A stretch of DNA of 64,000 nt from Armatimonadota bacterium. Lineage in GTDB: Bacteria > Armatimonadota > Fimbriimonadia > Fimbriimonadales > Fimbriimonadaceae. The notes beneath the pieces are model-generated. The model did no database searches, was not told where the DNA came from, and saw nothing but the letters and a program-made list of their open reading frames with translations. Position 1 is the first letter of the stretch. Every line of letters starts with the position of its first letter. Location: the NCBI GenBank assembly GCA_043770615.1, contig JAYVHY010000295.1, positions 2,157 to 66,156 of the forward strand. The letters run 5' to 3'. Positions 18,698 through 28,570 of this stretch are shown here, in pieces. Position numbers and translations under genes: made by a program.

Positions 18698-21600
18698 ATG
18701 AGAACTTTGCCAAAATTTCGCCTGAATCAAAATGCCTTGCGTTTAGCGCCCCGAAACGAAAAAGCAGGACGAAAAGTAAGTCGACGAGAACTCTTTGGCG
18801 GCAGTGCAATGGCGGCAGTCTCTCTTTCGCCTGGAGTGCAAGCAGCGGTCAATGCTTTAGCATCGACTGCAGTTTCAGTCAAAGTTACACGAATCGGCAA
18901 ATCGGCGAGCGTGATAGTGTCTTGCGCCGAAAGCCATTCCTGGGAGGTCGATACCGCTCAGTTCGCTGGTAATCCAGTGCTTAGCGTCGAAAAAGTTGGT
19001 AAAGAAACACTTTTGAGGCTTTCTGGCGCTCGGTATTCCGGTACAAATGTTTTACTCAACTTTGAAGCAACAATCCCGGATTCAACCACCGGAAAAATCA
19101 AGTTTCATTTTTATGATTGTGGTAACGGAAGTGTCAACTTTGACCTAGTCGAGAATTTAAGTTCCTGGTTGGGCGGCACAAAAGCGGCAACCGGAAAAAT
19201 GAGTCGAGAGAGTCTGGGGGGACTCTTTTATGAACTTCATTCTGTGGCAAGCGCATCGCCACTGGAACCTGGGAGTATCGCCTATTTGGCATCGGGTGAA
19301 TTGGTCGGCAATGCCCCAATAGAACTCTTGTTTAACCAAGAGATCTGGTCAGTCAGTGCCCTGTCCCTTTGCGCAAAATCTAGGTCTTCCGACACCCTCG
19401 TATCCGGCAAGGACAAGGGACTAACACTAATTCGCTCCACAAAGTGGAAATCTTGGGATTCCTCAGTTGCCCTTGAATCTACCAGCGGCTGGAAAGTAAA
19501 CGGCTCAACTGATGCCTTCGATACTCACGAAATCGAGTGCCACGAAAATGGACAGATTGCAATGAGGCTCAGCGGCGGTGGATCCCTCGATGTCGAACTG
19601 CCAGGCACAGCAAAACTTCGTGCTGAACGCCCGACCTTAACAACTCTTGGGGAGAAATTCGACGACATTCACTTTGCGTCTTACATTCACGACGAAGGTG
19701 ACTGGATTCACCACGAAGGCTTTAGCCTTCACGCTTCACCTAGCTCAACCGAGCCATTCATTCTTACGACAAACAAGGTGGGAGATTTGGAGGGTGCACC
19801 TATTCTCCACTCTAGGAATATGGCAGTTTCCCTCGAAGATGCCTTAGTTACATTTGGGGCTTCAAAGTTGCCCAATTTGACACTAGAAAGTCAAACCCAG
19901 GGACGCCCCCCAGTTACTCAGCGTCCGCCGGTTATCCAGCGTCCACCAGTCGTTCAAAACCCACCAATTGTCAAAATTGACCCTAACCTCAAGATTTCGG
20001 CAAACGTTTGGATTCCGTCAATCGAAATAATTCGCCCTCAGGACTTCTTGAACCTCAAATTCGAATTTGTAAATTGGCGACTGGTGAGTTCAGCCGGCTC
20101 GACCCCTTATTTTGAAAGAGAAATCACCACTAGACCCGCATACATTATTGTCGAATTTCCACCTCAGTCCGTAGGTGAGCAAACATTCGGCATGACGACT
20201 CCGGTTCAAACAACGCCGGTTCAAACTTTGCTTTCCGGACCGACGAGACTAGTCTTTTTTGTACCGATTGCACAGAAGGCAATTAAGTTCAGCTTGACCG
20301 AGGATGAGGGCTTGCTCGATTGGGATAATTGGAGCTTGTCGGTTGCACCCGCTGCGTTTTCAACTTTTAGCGGCAAGGTAAAGGTTGATCGGGCTTGGCA
20401 ACATCCTATTCAAGACTTTAAGATTGGGGCATCTCGCGAATTTGAATTACTTGCAGAGCGAGCCCCATCGGTCCCTGAACGACTCGCCAGTATGTTCAAG
20501 ATTCAAAGAGCCACCATTGGTGAGCAAGGTAATCGGGCAATTGTTCAAGTTCCAATCATTCGGCAAAAGCCTGCGAATATCATTCATTACAAGCCGACTG
20601 TTCGTGAAGTGAATCCGCAACTGGATCCAACAAAGATCATTCCTGCAATTCCAACGGGTCGAACTGGACCAGTCTTTCGATACTACACGAACATTGAAAT
20701 TCCGGCGATGCTTCAAATGTCGCCCGACGAAGAAGCTCATTTCGTTCATTCAAGAACCTCTGAACCACCGGCAACTCGGTCACTCACAAACATTAGTCCG
20801 GTAAGGGCAGTTTCGACAAAGCGAACACCAATTTGGCATACCCGGCTTGGTGCATTTGCGACCGTAAACGGAAAATCTGTACCAGTTGAGGCGAGTGATG
20901 ACGGAGAGTGGTTCTACACCCAGGACACCGAAGGTCGACTCGGACCATTCAAGTCTTCCACGCCGGTCCATCCCCATCTGAGGGCGGTTGATTCGACCGA
21001 TTACGGCGTTACGGTACCAAATACTGCCGATTTTTCACTTTCGAAGAAGCAGCGTAAAGATCTTGTCGACACGATGTCGATTCGATCGGCAAGCCCGTCA
21101 GCCGATGCGCCGCCATTTATTACCGATCGCTTGATGTTAACCAGTCTTGGCGGATTTTTGAAGGGATCTTGGACGTGGGGAGACGCTACGCCGCCCCATG
21201 ATGTTGTTGGATGGCGACATTGGTCAACGTTAGGTCGAGAACATTACGTTTACGTTCGCGAATCAGGGTTCTTGTTCCCAACCGGCCACCGAGTTGACAA
21301 GATTACGATAACCGAACGGAAATTTAGACCATCCGGTAAGGGTGTTGTTGCTCGCCTAGAAAAGAGAATGTATCTCGTTCTCATGAACCCGGTAGTTAAT
21401 CTGAATTCAAGCGAGGCTCGAAACATGGCATTTAGTCAGATCGTTTGCAAAACGAAGACTACACCAGATCTTGACTTCACGGGAATGTTGAAGATAGCTG
21501 GTACGGACAAGTTCTTTGAATTTGCTATGACTGGTACGGACATGGACGGGAATCAAGTCAGTTGGACCCAACAGGCAATGTTCTATGTCTTTAGTGCGGG

Positions 21601-23449
21601 GGTCGATACTAGCACAAATTGGGGCGTGGGTAATGTGGTTAATCTGAAAACAGGAGGGCACGTCGTCGCCTTAGCACCAACCGAAAGACCATCGGACGCA
21701 ACGAACTTTCCATGTCAAACGATATATATGGGAGCCAGACCCGGCGCCCCAAATCTCAACAAGGGAATTCCTGCCTTTCGTCCAAATATGAATCTGGCGG
21801 CAATAAAGATTCCGGCCATTGAACAATATCTCCCGAGTGGATCAAGCCTTGGATTTATTCCTGTAATGTTTACCGACGGATATCGGGCCAATGGATTCAC
21901 GGGAGGTGCGGAAGTTTTCCTCGCCCTTAAGTCTCCAGTTTCGACTCCTCAAGGCGACGGAAAGAAGTTTGGCGGAATGGTCAATGCTTCGATCAAGATG
22001 GACGTCATTAGCCGTAAGCACGGACCAATTCCGAATCCGACAGGTAACTCCATTTCTCCATCGCAATATGCTTCAATCACGAGCGAAGAATATGCCTCCA
22101 TTGATCCAAATTTTGTAGCTCCAGATCCTCCAAAGCTGCTCGGAGTAGTCAGCATATGGGATCTATTACCTGATTCAATCGATGTTGGCGGAAACGGTGC
22201 CGATGTTCCCAAGTTCAAAGTAGCCAAGGTATTTGCGAACGACAAATTCGGAATCGTTGGTTCTGGAAATTCAAGTGCACCGCTAATTGGTGCAGTAGCT
22301 TCTTTTTCTTGGCAACCAACCCTTAAAGAGTGGTCACCAGCAACGTGGCCATTTAGCCAGAAGTGTTTTTCTAAGTACAAGGGGACGTCTCAACTCCGAG
22401 TCGATGCCGCCTACTATCAGATCACCGATCCGGAAGGATCCAGTTTCCCAGCAGGTTCTAGTTATTCGTTAAAAGCTGGCATCTACAATTTCCAAGTTAA
22501 TGCCTGCGATCAAGTGCATGTTCTCGTTGACAAAATAGAGTTCAGCAGTCAAACCGGCTCAAATTCCAGTATCCGCATCGATATTGATGATATTCAATTC
22601 CTCGGCATGCTGTCCTTTGTTGGGGTACTGCAATCGATCCTATCGCCAGGAACGAAAGGTTATCACTTCCAGTCTTCTTCCCCAAATTCTGAATTGCTTG
22701 CGTCCACTAAGCCTGAACCGTATGGCGTCGGCATCGAGCCGATTTTGGACATTAACGGTCAAGGTCTAACTGTCGGTTTCTCGGTCAGCGTTCCAACCAT
22801 TGGAATCGGTGTCGTGACGGTCATGAATATCTCGGTGCTTTCCGAGTTGATTCTGCCTTGGTTTGGTGACGCTCTTACGTTCCACTTTGCATTCTGCAAA
22901 CGAGACGCACCGTTCGCAGTTTCAGTTTACGGAATCGCGGGTGGTGGCTTCCTTGGTATCGAAGTGACTCCGGGCGGCATTAAATCCATCGAGGGAGCTA
23001 TCGAATTCGGGGCAATGGTTGCTCTCAATTTCGGAGTAGCCAGTGGCTCCATCAGTCTCATGGCTGGTTTCTACTTCAAGTACGAAGTCAATGGCGGCAC
23101 CACCTTAACCGGTTACGTTCGGCTGGTGGGTGAGGTCGATGTCCTGGGCATCATCTCAGCTTCCTTAACCATGTACCTTGGACTTACTTATAACACTGCA
23201 TCAAAAGTACTTTCGGGTGATGCCTCGGTCAGCATAAGAATTTCGCTCTTCTGCTTCCACAAAACGGTCACGGTTCATGCCCACAAGGAGTTTGCCGGAT
23301 CTTCTTCCTCCGATGGATATGTCAACGGACTGTGGGCGAGCAATTCGCCGCCTCCGTTGTATTCGGATCACGAACGGACGCAATTTACGAAGTCTGTGAC
23401 GAGCCAACAATTTAAGAACTACTGCTCCGCATTCGGAGGTAACGCATGA
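18698..23449 (+). CDS. Giant hypothetical protein (1583 aa) with a twin-arginine-like signal and a beta-strand-rich C-terminal domain
   Basis: Long ORF; VSRRELFGG followed by a hydrophobic Ala-rich stretch; RPPV repeat linker; C-terminal ~250 aa of Gly-rich amphipathic strands. Confidence 0.85.
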   Translation: MRTLPKFRLNQNALRLAPRNEKAGRKVSRRELFGGSAMAAVSLSPGVQAAVNALASTAVSVKVTRIGKSASVIVSCAESHSWEVDTAQFAGNPVLSVEKVGKETLLRLSGARYSGTNVLLNFEATIPDSTTGKIKFHFYDCGNGSVNFDLVENLSSWLGGTKAATGKMSRESLGGLFYELHSVASASPLEPGSIAYLASGELVGNAPIELLFNQEIWSVSALSLCAKSRSSDTLVSGKDKGLTLIRSTKWKSWDSSVALESTSGWKVNGSTDAFDTHEIECHENGQIAMRLSGGGSLDVELPGTAKLRAERPTLTTLGEKFDDIHFASYIHDEGDWIHHEGFSLHASPSSTEPFILTTNKVGDLEGAPILHSRNMAVSLEDALVTFGASKLPNLTLESQTQGRPPVTQRPPVIQRPPVVQNPPIVKIDPNLKISANVWIPSIEIIRPQDFLNLKFEFVNWRLVSSAGSTPYFEREITTRPAYIIVEFPPQSVGEQTFGMTTPVQTTPVQTLLSGPTRLVFFVPIAQKAIKFSLTEDEGLLDWDNWSLSVAPAAFSTFSGKVKVDRAWQHPIQDFKIGASREFELLAERAPSVPERLASMFKIQRATIGEQGNRAIVQVPIIRQKPANIIHYKPTVREVNPQLDPTKIIPAIPTGRTGPVFRYYTNIEIPAMLQMSPDEEAHFVHSRTSEPPATRSLTNISPVRAVSTKRTPIWHTRLGAFATVNGKSVPVEASDDGEWFYTQDTEGRLGPFKSSTPVHPHLRAVDSTDYGVTVPNTADFSLSKKQRKDLVDTMSIRSASPSADAPPFITDRLMLTSLGGFLKGSWTWGDATPPHDVVGWRHWSTLGREHYVYVRESGFLFPTGHRVDKITITERKFRPSGKGVVARLEKRMYLVLMNPVVNLNSSEARNMAFSQIVCKTKTTPDLDFTGMLKIAGTDKFFEFAMTGTDMDGNQVSWTQQAMFYVFSAGVDTSTNWGVGNVVNLKTGGHVVALAPTERPSDATNFPCQTIYMGARPGAPNLNKGIPAFRPNMNLAAIKIPAIEQYLPSGSSLGFIPVMFTDGYRANGFTGGAEVFLALKSPVSTPQGDGKKFGGMVNASIKMDVISRKHGPIPNPTGNSISPSQYASITSEEYASIDPNFVAPDPPKLLGVVSIWDLLPDSIDVGGNGADVPKFKVAKVFANDKFGIVGSGNSSAPLIGAVASFSWQPTLKEWSPATWPFSQKCFSKYKGTSQLRVDAAYYQITDPEGSSFPAGSSYSLKAGIYNFQVNACDQVHVLVDKIEFSSQTGSNSSIRIDIDDIQFLGMLSFVGVLQSILSPGTKGYHFQSSSPNSELLASTKPEPYGVGIEPILDINGQGLTVGFSVSVPTIGIGVVTVMNISVLSELILPWFGDALTFHFAFCKRDAPFAVSVYGIAGGGFLGIEVTPGGIKSIEGAIEFGAMVALNFGVASGSISLMAGFYFKYEVNGGTTLTGYVRLVGEVDVLGIISASLTMYLGLTYNTASKVLSGDASVSIRISLFCFHKTVTVHAHKEFAGSSSSDGYVNGLWASNSPPPLYSDHERTQFTKSVTSQQFKNYCSAFGGNA
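19904..19975 (+). repeat. Coding 18-nt tandem repeat (RPPVTQ-RPPVIQ-RPPVVQ-NPPIVK), a Pro-rich linker
   Basis: Four degenerate hexapeptide units visible in both DNA and protein. Confidence 0.75.
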
Positions 23450-26400
23450 AAGAAACGATTATTTGGACGGCACTACCCAACGGACGATCTGAGCAAGGAA
23501 AGCTCCTGATGTCGGCTCACGTGACTTTCCATCTGAGTTACACGGCTCAAGAATTAGCTCAAGCCGGCGGAAAGGCAAAAGTGTCGAACTTCCCCACCGT
23601 TGCGGGATTCAAACCGGAGTCAATCGCCATCAAAGTTTTCTTTAACGGCAAGCCATTCGATGCGAAAATAATTTCAAAACCAGAGTCTGGTTTGTGGAGC
23701 AAGTTCTTTCCGGCCGAAGGTCCGGTAACTTCGTATGATCCAGTGAAACCCGAGTGGCAAGAGGTTCGAACATTCGCCACTTTCGACATCTACAAACAAA
23801 TGGAGTCGGTTCATGCTGACTTTGTTATTGCTTCGTTTGAGCCGAGCTTAAAGTTTGGCGACCAGAAGCTCAACCCTAGTCTGAATTTAATGGCACCAAA
23901 CGCTGACTTAGTTAAGAACAGAGTTTTGCGAACAAAGGACGTTCGGAGTACGGCTAAAGATCCTCATGCACCTATAAGGGCAACAATGGACGCTGATTTC
24001 GCTCATCCCCAATTCAAGTCAATTTTGGAATCCAGGCGAGTAGGGCAAGCCGTTGTGGGACAAAAAGTATCCGATCTAATGGTGGAAGCCGTCCACTTCC
24101 ATCGTCCGTTTGTTCCCGCAACTGGAGTTTGGGCATTACCCACTCGACCAGAGACTGACTTTCATGATGCCCACGCAATGTTGTGTCAGCACCCCCAACT
24201 TATGAGGCTGGTTGGCGTCGTCTTTGACTTAGAAATTGCAACGTTGCCACCCGGTGATGGAGTGCTTTCAATTCAGGTTGAAGGCATGCCTGCTGCCTCA
24301 ACAAAGTTTCCCGGAACCATGTGCTCGGTAACGTCCACCGGATTCCTTGCCAAGGAGAGAACTTCGGTTAAAGGCACCACCGGTTACTCAAGCGACATCG
24401 TACAAGGATTCATGCGAATGAACCCAGAAGACGTTGCCCTTGGAGCAATGGATTTGTCTGGTGCCGTGCTTCAAACCGCAGGATTCTTAGATCACTTGGA
24501 ACAACAAAAGGCTAATTTGTTAGCCATATCAACTGTTGCGGTAAAGATCGGAGCTGGTGGCGCAACCGGTCGCCCTCCCAAAATTGGAGCGGCGAATCCG
24601 AGTTCAGAAGATAAACAAGACCGAGGTCCGCAAAAAGTTGCGGCACAATCTGAAGATCGAGATGCGGCTCAGATGCCAGCTCGAAGAACTTCGGGAATCA
24701 CACTTTACCGTCGTGAACATTCTGCCAGGCATTTGGTTCGAGATACGATCGGACAGCAAATTTATAGTGCGAGATTTGCCGACACCCTTTACGCTGACGA
24801 CCTTCATAAAGGGTGGCGACCCGATGTACTGCATAAAGGTAAGTGGTTCTCATTGACCGCACGCTCACTGTTCTACCGGATCGCTGACAAGGCGCTACCA
24901 ACTGACCTATCCGATGAAGGACATGTATCGCCCAGCAATTCGTCCTCACCCGACGGTAAAGTCGTCAAAATTCCCGAGAGCGTTCTTACTTGGGATGGTT
25001 GGAGTCTTTCCGCACCGAAGCCAGTTAGTCCTTTGGTTGATCGAAGTCTCCAAGATGACTCAATGCCGAACACTTCGACCATTTCTTCGATCGCCGAGGC
25101 TCGATCCCACAAGTATCAACCAACTGAAACCGACAAATTCTATAGGCTGAACTACTTTGCCGAACCAGCTAAGGGGTCCTTGCCTACGCTTCGATATGGC
25201 GAGGTCTATGCTATTCGGTCCCGATCAGTCGACCTTGCGGGAAACAGTTTGCCGTTGGGGGCTAAAGAGCCGTCCGGAGCTTCTCAGACTATTACGTATC
25301 TTCGGCACGAACCAATACTGCCGCCATCGGTTCACCTCCACGACAGCGCAGGACCAGGTGAATCCGCCTACCTTTTGGCAGTTCGAAAGAGCGCTGACGG
25401 AAAGATTGGTTCGAAATCGCTGAGATTTCTATATCCTCCGGTCGGCGGAATGAATATGGCCGAGCTTCACGGCAAGTTCGATCTTCCAACGGGTTCTCCC
25501 GATCCGACATTTTGGGACAAGGTGGCAGCCGTTGACGCCAGAAAAGAACTTCCTGATATCATCACATCCGTCAACGCCCCACCGGTCCCATATCTCATTG
25601 ATCCGGCCTGCACTGGAGCGGCAGTAAAACGAGAAGGGCGAGCTTCAAAACCAACTGACATCGCTACGACGAGTTTCCTACCGGTTGGAGTTTGGATAGA
25701 TGCTCAACCATCTTCGCTTTCGTTAATGCCGGGCACAAGCTTCCAGATGACAAGCTCAACTGGCGTACAAGGAATTGGACTGACGCTGGCTCCGGGACAA
25801 GACGTTACGGTAAGCCTTAGCTCCACGACGAGCGAGGATTACCTTCCAGTTTTTGAACAAACTCGATGGATTGAAAAATCCCTTCAATCAAAAGGAGACA
25901 GTTTAGTCCGTGCGGCTAAATCGCCGAAATTTAGCCAACGCATAGAGAGACATCGCACCCATAGACCGTTCAGTTTCGAGCCGGTGTCCCTTCGACCAAT
26001 TGCGATCCGATTTACGCTTGAGGCTACAGCTGAGTCAAGTTCTCAAAAGGCGCTAGAAGCTTGCCTTAAAGGTCAAAACTCCGCTATATCTCCAACGAGA
26101 TCCGTCAGAGTTGTGTATGCCACTCAAGTCCCGGAAAACGGGTTTAAGTTCGACAAAATTGACGTCACAAGGGAAGGAACCGCAGCGATGTTTGACATGC
26201 GCGGTCAAGTTCACGGCTGGAGCACTGAAGAATTGGAGTTCACAATCAACTATTCAGATCCCGTCGATGACATTGACGAGCATCGACGAAAAACTGAAAC
26301 GGAAAGTCATGACGCAAAGATTGCCGACCTGAATCCAGCATACATTGATACGGTTCCGGTGAACGGTTGGTACGCCGATGAGGGCATCGAATTTCACGAT

Positions 26401-27630
26401 ACCAAGTGTCACATCGTCGAGATCACCGCAGTCGCAAAAACTCGATACGCGGACTTCTTTCCGAATGCACAAAAGGCAACTCCAACGCTTAAAAACATTG
26501 GTCGACGTCCGCCGAAAATGGTGGTCACGGCAGCTTCAACCGAATCGGAAGGGCCTGCTGGTCCATACTCGAGGACGTACATCAAGACTAATGTCATTGT
26601 TCCTTCGAGCAAACGCCCAGACAAGCCTCAAGTAGAGTACATGTTGCCAGCAATGACTTGGTCAAGTGACTCAACCGCAAGCGGCAAAGTCAGCCGGAAG
26701 CGAGGAAACACGATTCGGATTTACTTACGTCGCCCTTGGTTCTCAAGTGGCATCGGAGAGAAGCTGGCGATTGTGTTGCCCGACGGCTCAGGTCCTAATG
26801 CCAATAATCCGGACTATTACTACCATTCAACCATCGGCTTTGATCCTGCTTTCGAATTCCTCGATAATCCGCTAAAGATGACTCCCGGTCACTTCCTTGG
26901 AAAGTCTGGGGTAGCCACCGATGTTAAAATATCCGAGATTGGCGGAACCGCAACGCTCATCACCTATGATCCTAAGTTCGACTCTCAGCTTCAACTGTGG
27001 TACGTCGATGTTGAAATTGACCCGCTCAACCCTTACTACACGCCATTTCTTCGACTTGTGGTTTGCCGATATCAGCCAAATTCGACTGAGGGAAATCATG
27101 TTAGTCCGCTGTCGGTCACGGAGATAACTCAGTTACAACCGGACCGAGTTGCGTTAGTTGTCACCGTTGAACCTCGTAAGACTTACAACGTCTTTTACGC
27201 GGGCATTCAGGGCAAAACCAAAATCGCTCCAAACGTTGTAATCGGCACCTTAGAAACTCAAGCCAACAGTAACGCGGATGCGCCTTGGATGCCAGTCATG
27301 AAGGACAACGAACCTTTTGAGTTTTTTGTTCCTTTCAGTAACGGACCCCTCGGAATGTTCGCCCTTTTGTCAAACCTTTACGATTGGAGTGCAAATCCTG
27401 AAAACCTCGCCAAGCTAGCACAAGGTCGGCCCGGTACCGTAACCGTGCCGAATTCAGCAAGCGAATATCGAGTCGTGCTTCGCGAGTTCGAAGTCCATCC
27501 GAGTCAAGAAGGAGACCCACCAGTTTCCATCAATAACTCGAGCATCGCGGGGCGACTTGTTCACGCCGACGTTATCAACCTAACTTTAGGAAGCCCTCCC
27601 GCGCGTGGACCAGGAAACATCAAGCCATAA
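23446..27630 (+). CDS. Giant hypothetical protein (1394 aa), no signal peptide, with an Ig/FN3-like motif
   Basis: ATGA overlap with the upstream gene and a GGAGG SD; YAIRSRSVDLAGNS resembles the FN3/Ig YxxRVxAVDxAGN strand pair. Confidence 0.85.
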   Translation: MKETIIWTALPNGRSEQGKLLMSAHVTFHLSYTAQELAQAGGKAKVSNFPTVAGFKPESIAIKVFFNGKPFDAKIISKPESGLWSKFFPAEGPVTSYDPVKPEWQEVRTFATFDIYKQMESVHADFVIASFEPSLKFGDQKLNPSLNLMAPNADLVKNRVLRTKDVRSTAKDPHAPIRATMDADFAHPQFKSILESRRVGQAVVGQKVSDLMVEAVHFHRPFVPATGVWALPTRPETDFHDAHAMLCQHPQLMRLVGVVFDLEIATLPPGDGVLSIQVEGMPAASTKFPGTMCSVTSTGFLAKERTSVKGTTGYSSDIVQGFMRMNPEDVALGAMDLSGAVLQTAGFLDHLEQQKANLLAISTVAVKIGAGGATGRPPKIGAANPSSEDKQDRGPQKVAAQSEDRDAAQMPARRTSGITLYRREHSARHLVRDTIGQQIYSARFADTLYADDLHKGWRPDVLHKGKWFSLTARSLFYRIADKALPTDLSDEGHVSPSNSSSPDGKVVKIPESVLTWDGWSLSAPKPVSPLVDRSLQDDSMPNTSTISSIAEARSHKYQPTETDKFYRLNYFAEPAKGSLPTLRYGEVYAIRSRSVDLAGNSLPLGAKEPSGASQTITYLRHEPILPPSVHLHDSAGPGESAYLLAVRKSADGKIGSKSLRFLYPPVGGMNMAELHGKFDLPTGSPDPTFWDKVAAVDARKELPDIITSVNAPPVPYLIDPACTGAAVKREGRASKPTDIATTSFLPVGVWIDAQPSSLSLMPGTSFQMTSSTGVQGIGLTLAPGQDVTVSLSSTTSEDYLPVFEQTRWIEKSLQSKGDSLVRAAKSPKFSQRIERHRTHRPFSFEPVSLRPIAIRFTLEATAESSSQKALEACLKGQNSAISPTRSVRVVYATQVPENGFKFDKIDVTREGTAAMFDMRGQVHGWSTEELEFTINYSDPVDDIDEHRRKTETESHDAKIADLNPAYIDTVPVNGWYADEGIEFHDTKCHIVEITAVAKTRYADFFPNAQKATPTLKNIGRRPPKMVVTAASTESEGPAGPYSRTYIKTNVIVPSSKRPDKPQVEYMLPAMTWSSDSTASGKVSRKRGNTIRIYLRRPWFSSGIGEKLAIVLPDGSGPNANNPDYYYHSTIGFDPAFEFLDNPLKMTPGHFLGKSGVATDVKISEIGGTATLITYDPKFDSQLQLWYVDVEIDPLNPYYTPFLRLVVCRYQPNSTEGNHVSPLSVTEITQLQPDRVALVVTVEPRKTYNVFYAGIQGKTKIAPNVVIGTLETQANSNADAPWMPVMKDNEPFEFFVPFSNGPLGMFALLSNLYDWSANPENLAKLAQGRPGTVTVPNSASEYRVVLREFEVHPSQEGDPPVSINNSSIAGRLVHADVINLTLGSPPARGPGNIKP

Positions 27631-27721
27631 GTTCCGTACTCGGCGCTCATGAGGGACAAAATTCTAGAATCTGAATTTTCCTGCAGTTTAGTGAATTTGA
27701 GTTAGAATAGAAAAGCTCGTC

Positions 27722-28510
27722 ATGCCATCAATCAAGGTGTTTACAACCACCCAAAGTCAAGTATCACTATCAGGAAGATACTTGTGCTTACACCAAGTAA
27801 AGACTGGTAGTGCCGTTGCAACCAACGAAAACCGCCGCCACGTATTGGTTGGAGACGGCTATCTGATTCAAAACGTTGGGACACCTCATGATGTCAAGGC
27901 AGATTCAAATGAAGTCGTCACGATCTGCATTCCGGGGCCGTTATTACTGGGACATAGATTTGAAGAGTGCTTGACCCCTCGTGACTTCTTACTTGATCGA
28001 GCAGTTTCGAACTATATGACTTCGCCAAAATCAGATTGCCCTAGGATGGCAGCGAGCTTTACAGATGAGATCGTGGGTTCTTTGCTCGCGGCTCGAAATG
28101 CTTCTTCCCAAAATTATTATCTTGCAAACGATGCCTCTAGAAGTAAGGGAAGAGACGTTACTATGCGGGCAGCTCGAGAATTTATTCTCTCTCGCTTGGG
28201 CGAACCGCTATCTGTTCCTGAAGTAGCAAATCATGTTTCGGTTTCACCCTTTCATTTTCACCGCGAGTTCACCGAATGGCATGGAATGACTCCCGGAAGA
28301 TATATCGTTCAAGAAAAGATTAGAAGGGCATGCCGTCGGCTAGTTTTGAGAGATGACCCGGTCTCAAAAGTTGCGTTGGAATGCGGATTCTATAGCCCAA
28401 CTAGCTTTGTAAGCTCATTTCGATCCATAACCAACTTGACCCCATCAGAATTTCGCGCAAAGCAGCGCAATTGCCGACGGGAACTTACCTTTTACAACCT
28501 AATCTCTTAA
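27722..28510 (+). CDS. AraC family transcriptional regulator
   Basis: C-terminal double HTH: SPFHFHREF...VALECGFYSPTSFVSSFRSITNLTPSEFR. Confidence 0.88.
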   Translation: MPSIKVFTTTQSQVSLSGRYLCLHQVKTGSAVATNENRRHVLVGDGYLIQNVGTPHDVKADSNEVVTICIPGPLLLGHRFEECLTPRDFLLDRAVSNYMTSPKSDCPRMAASFTDEIVGSLLAARNASSQNYYLANDASRSKGRDVTMRAAREFILSRLGEPLSVPEVANHVSVSPFHFHREFTEWHGMTPGRYIVQEKIRRACRRLVLRDDPVSKVALECGFYSPTSFVSSFRSITNLTPSEFRAKQRNCRRELTFYNLIS

Positions 28511-28570
28511 ATCTTGCTCCTTTACTCGGCACCCATCATTGGTGCAGGAATCTGTCGGTAACCTCACGGA

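Noticed and set aside
18698-27630. Calling the giant pair an eCIS, Tc toxin or RHS system
   Set aside because: No sheath/tube/baseplate, YD/RHS repeat or SpvB motifs were recognised; kept only as hypotheses to test.
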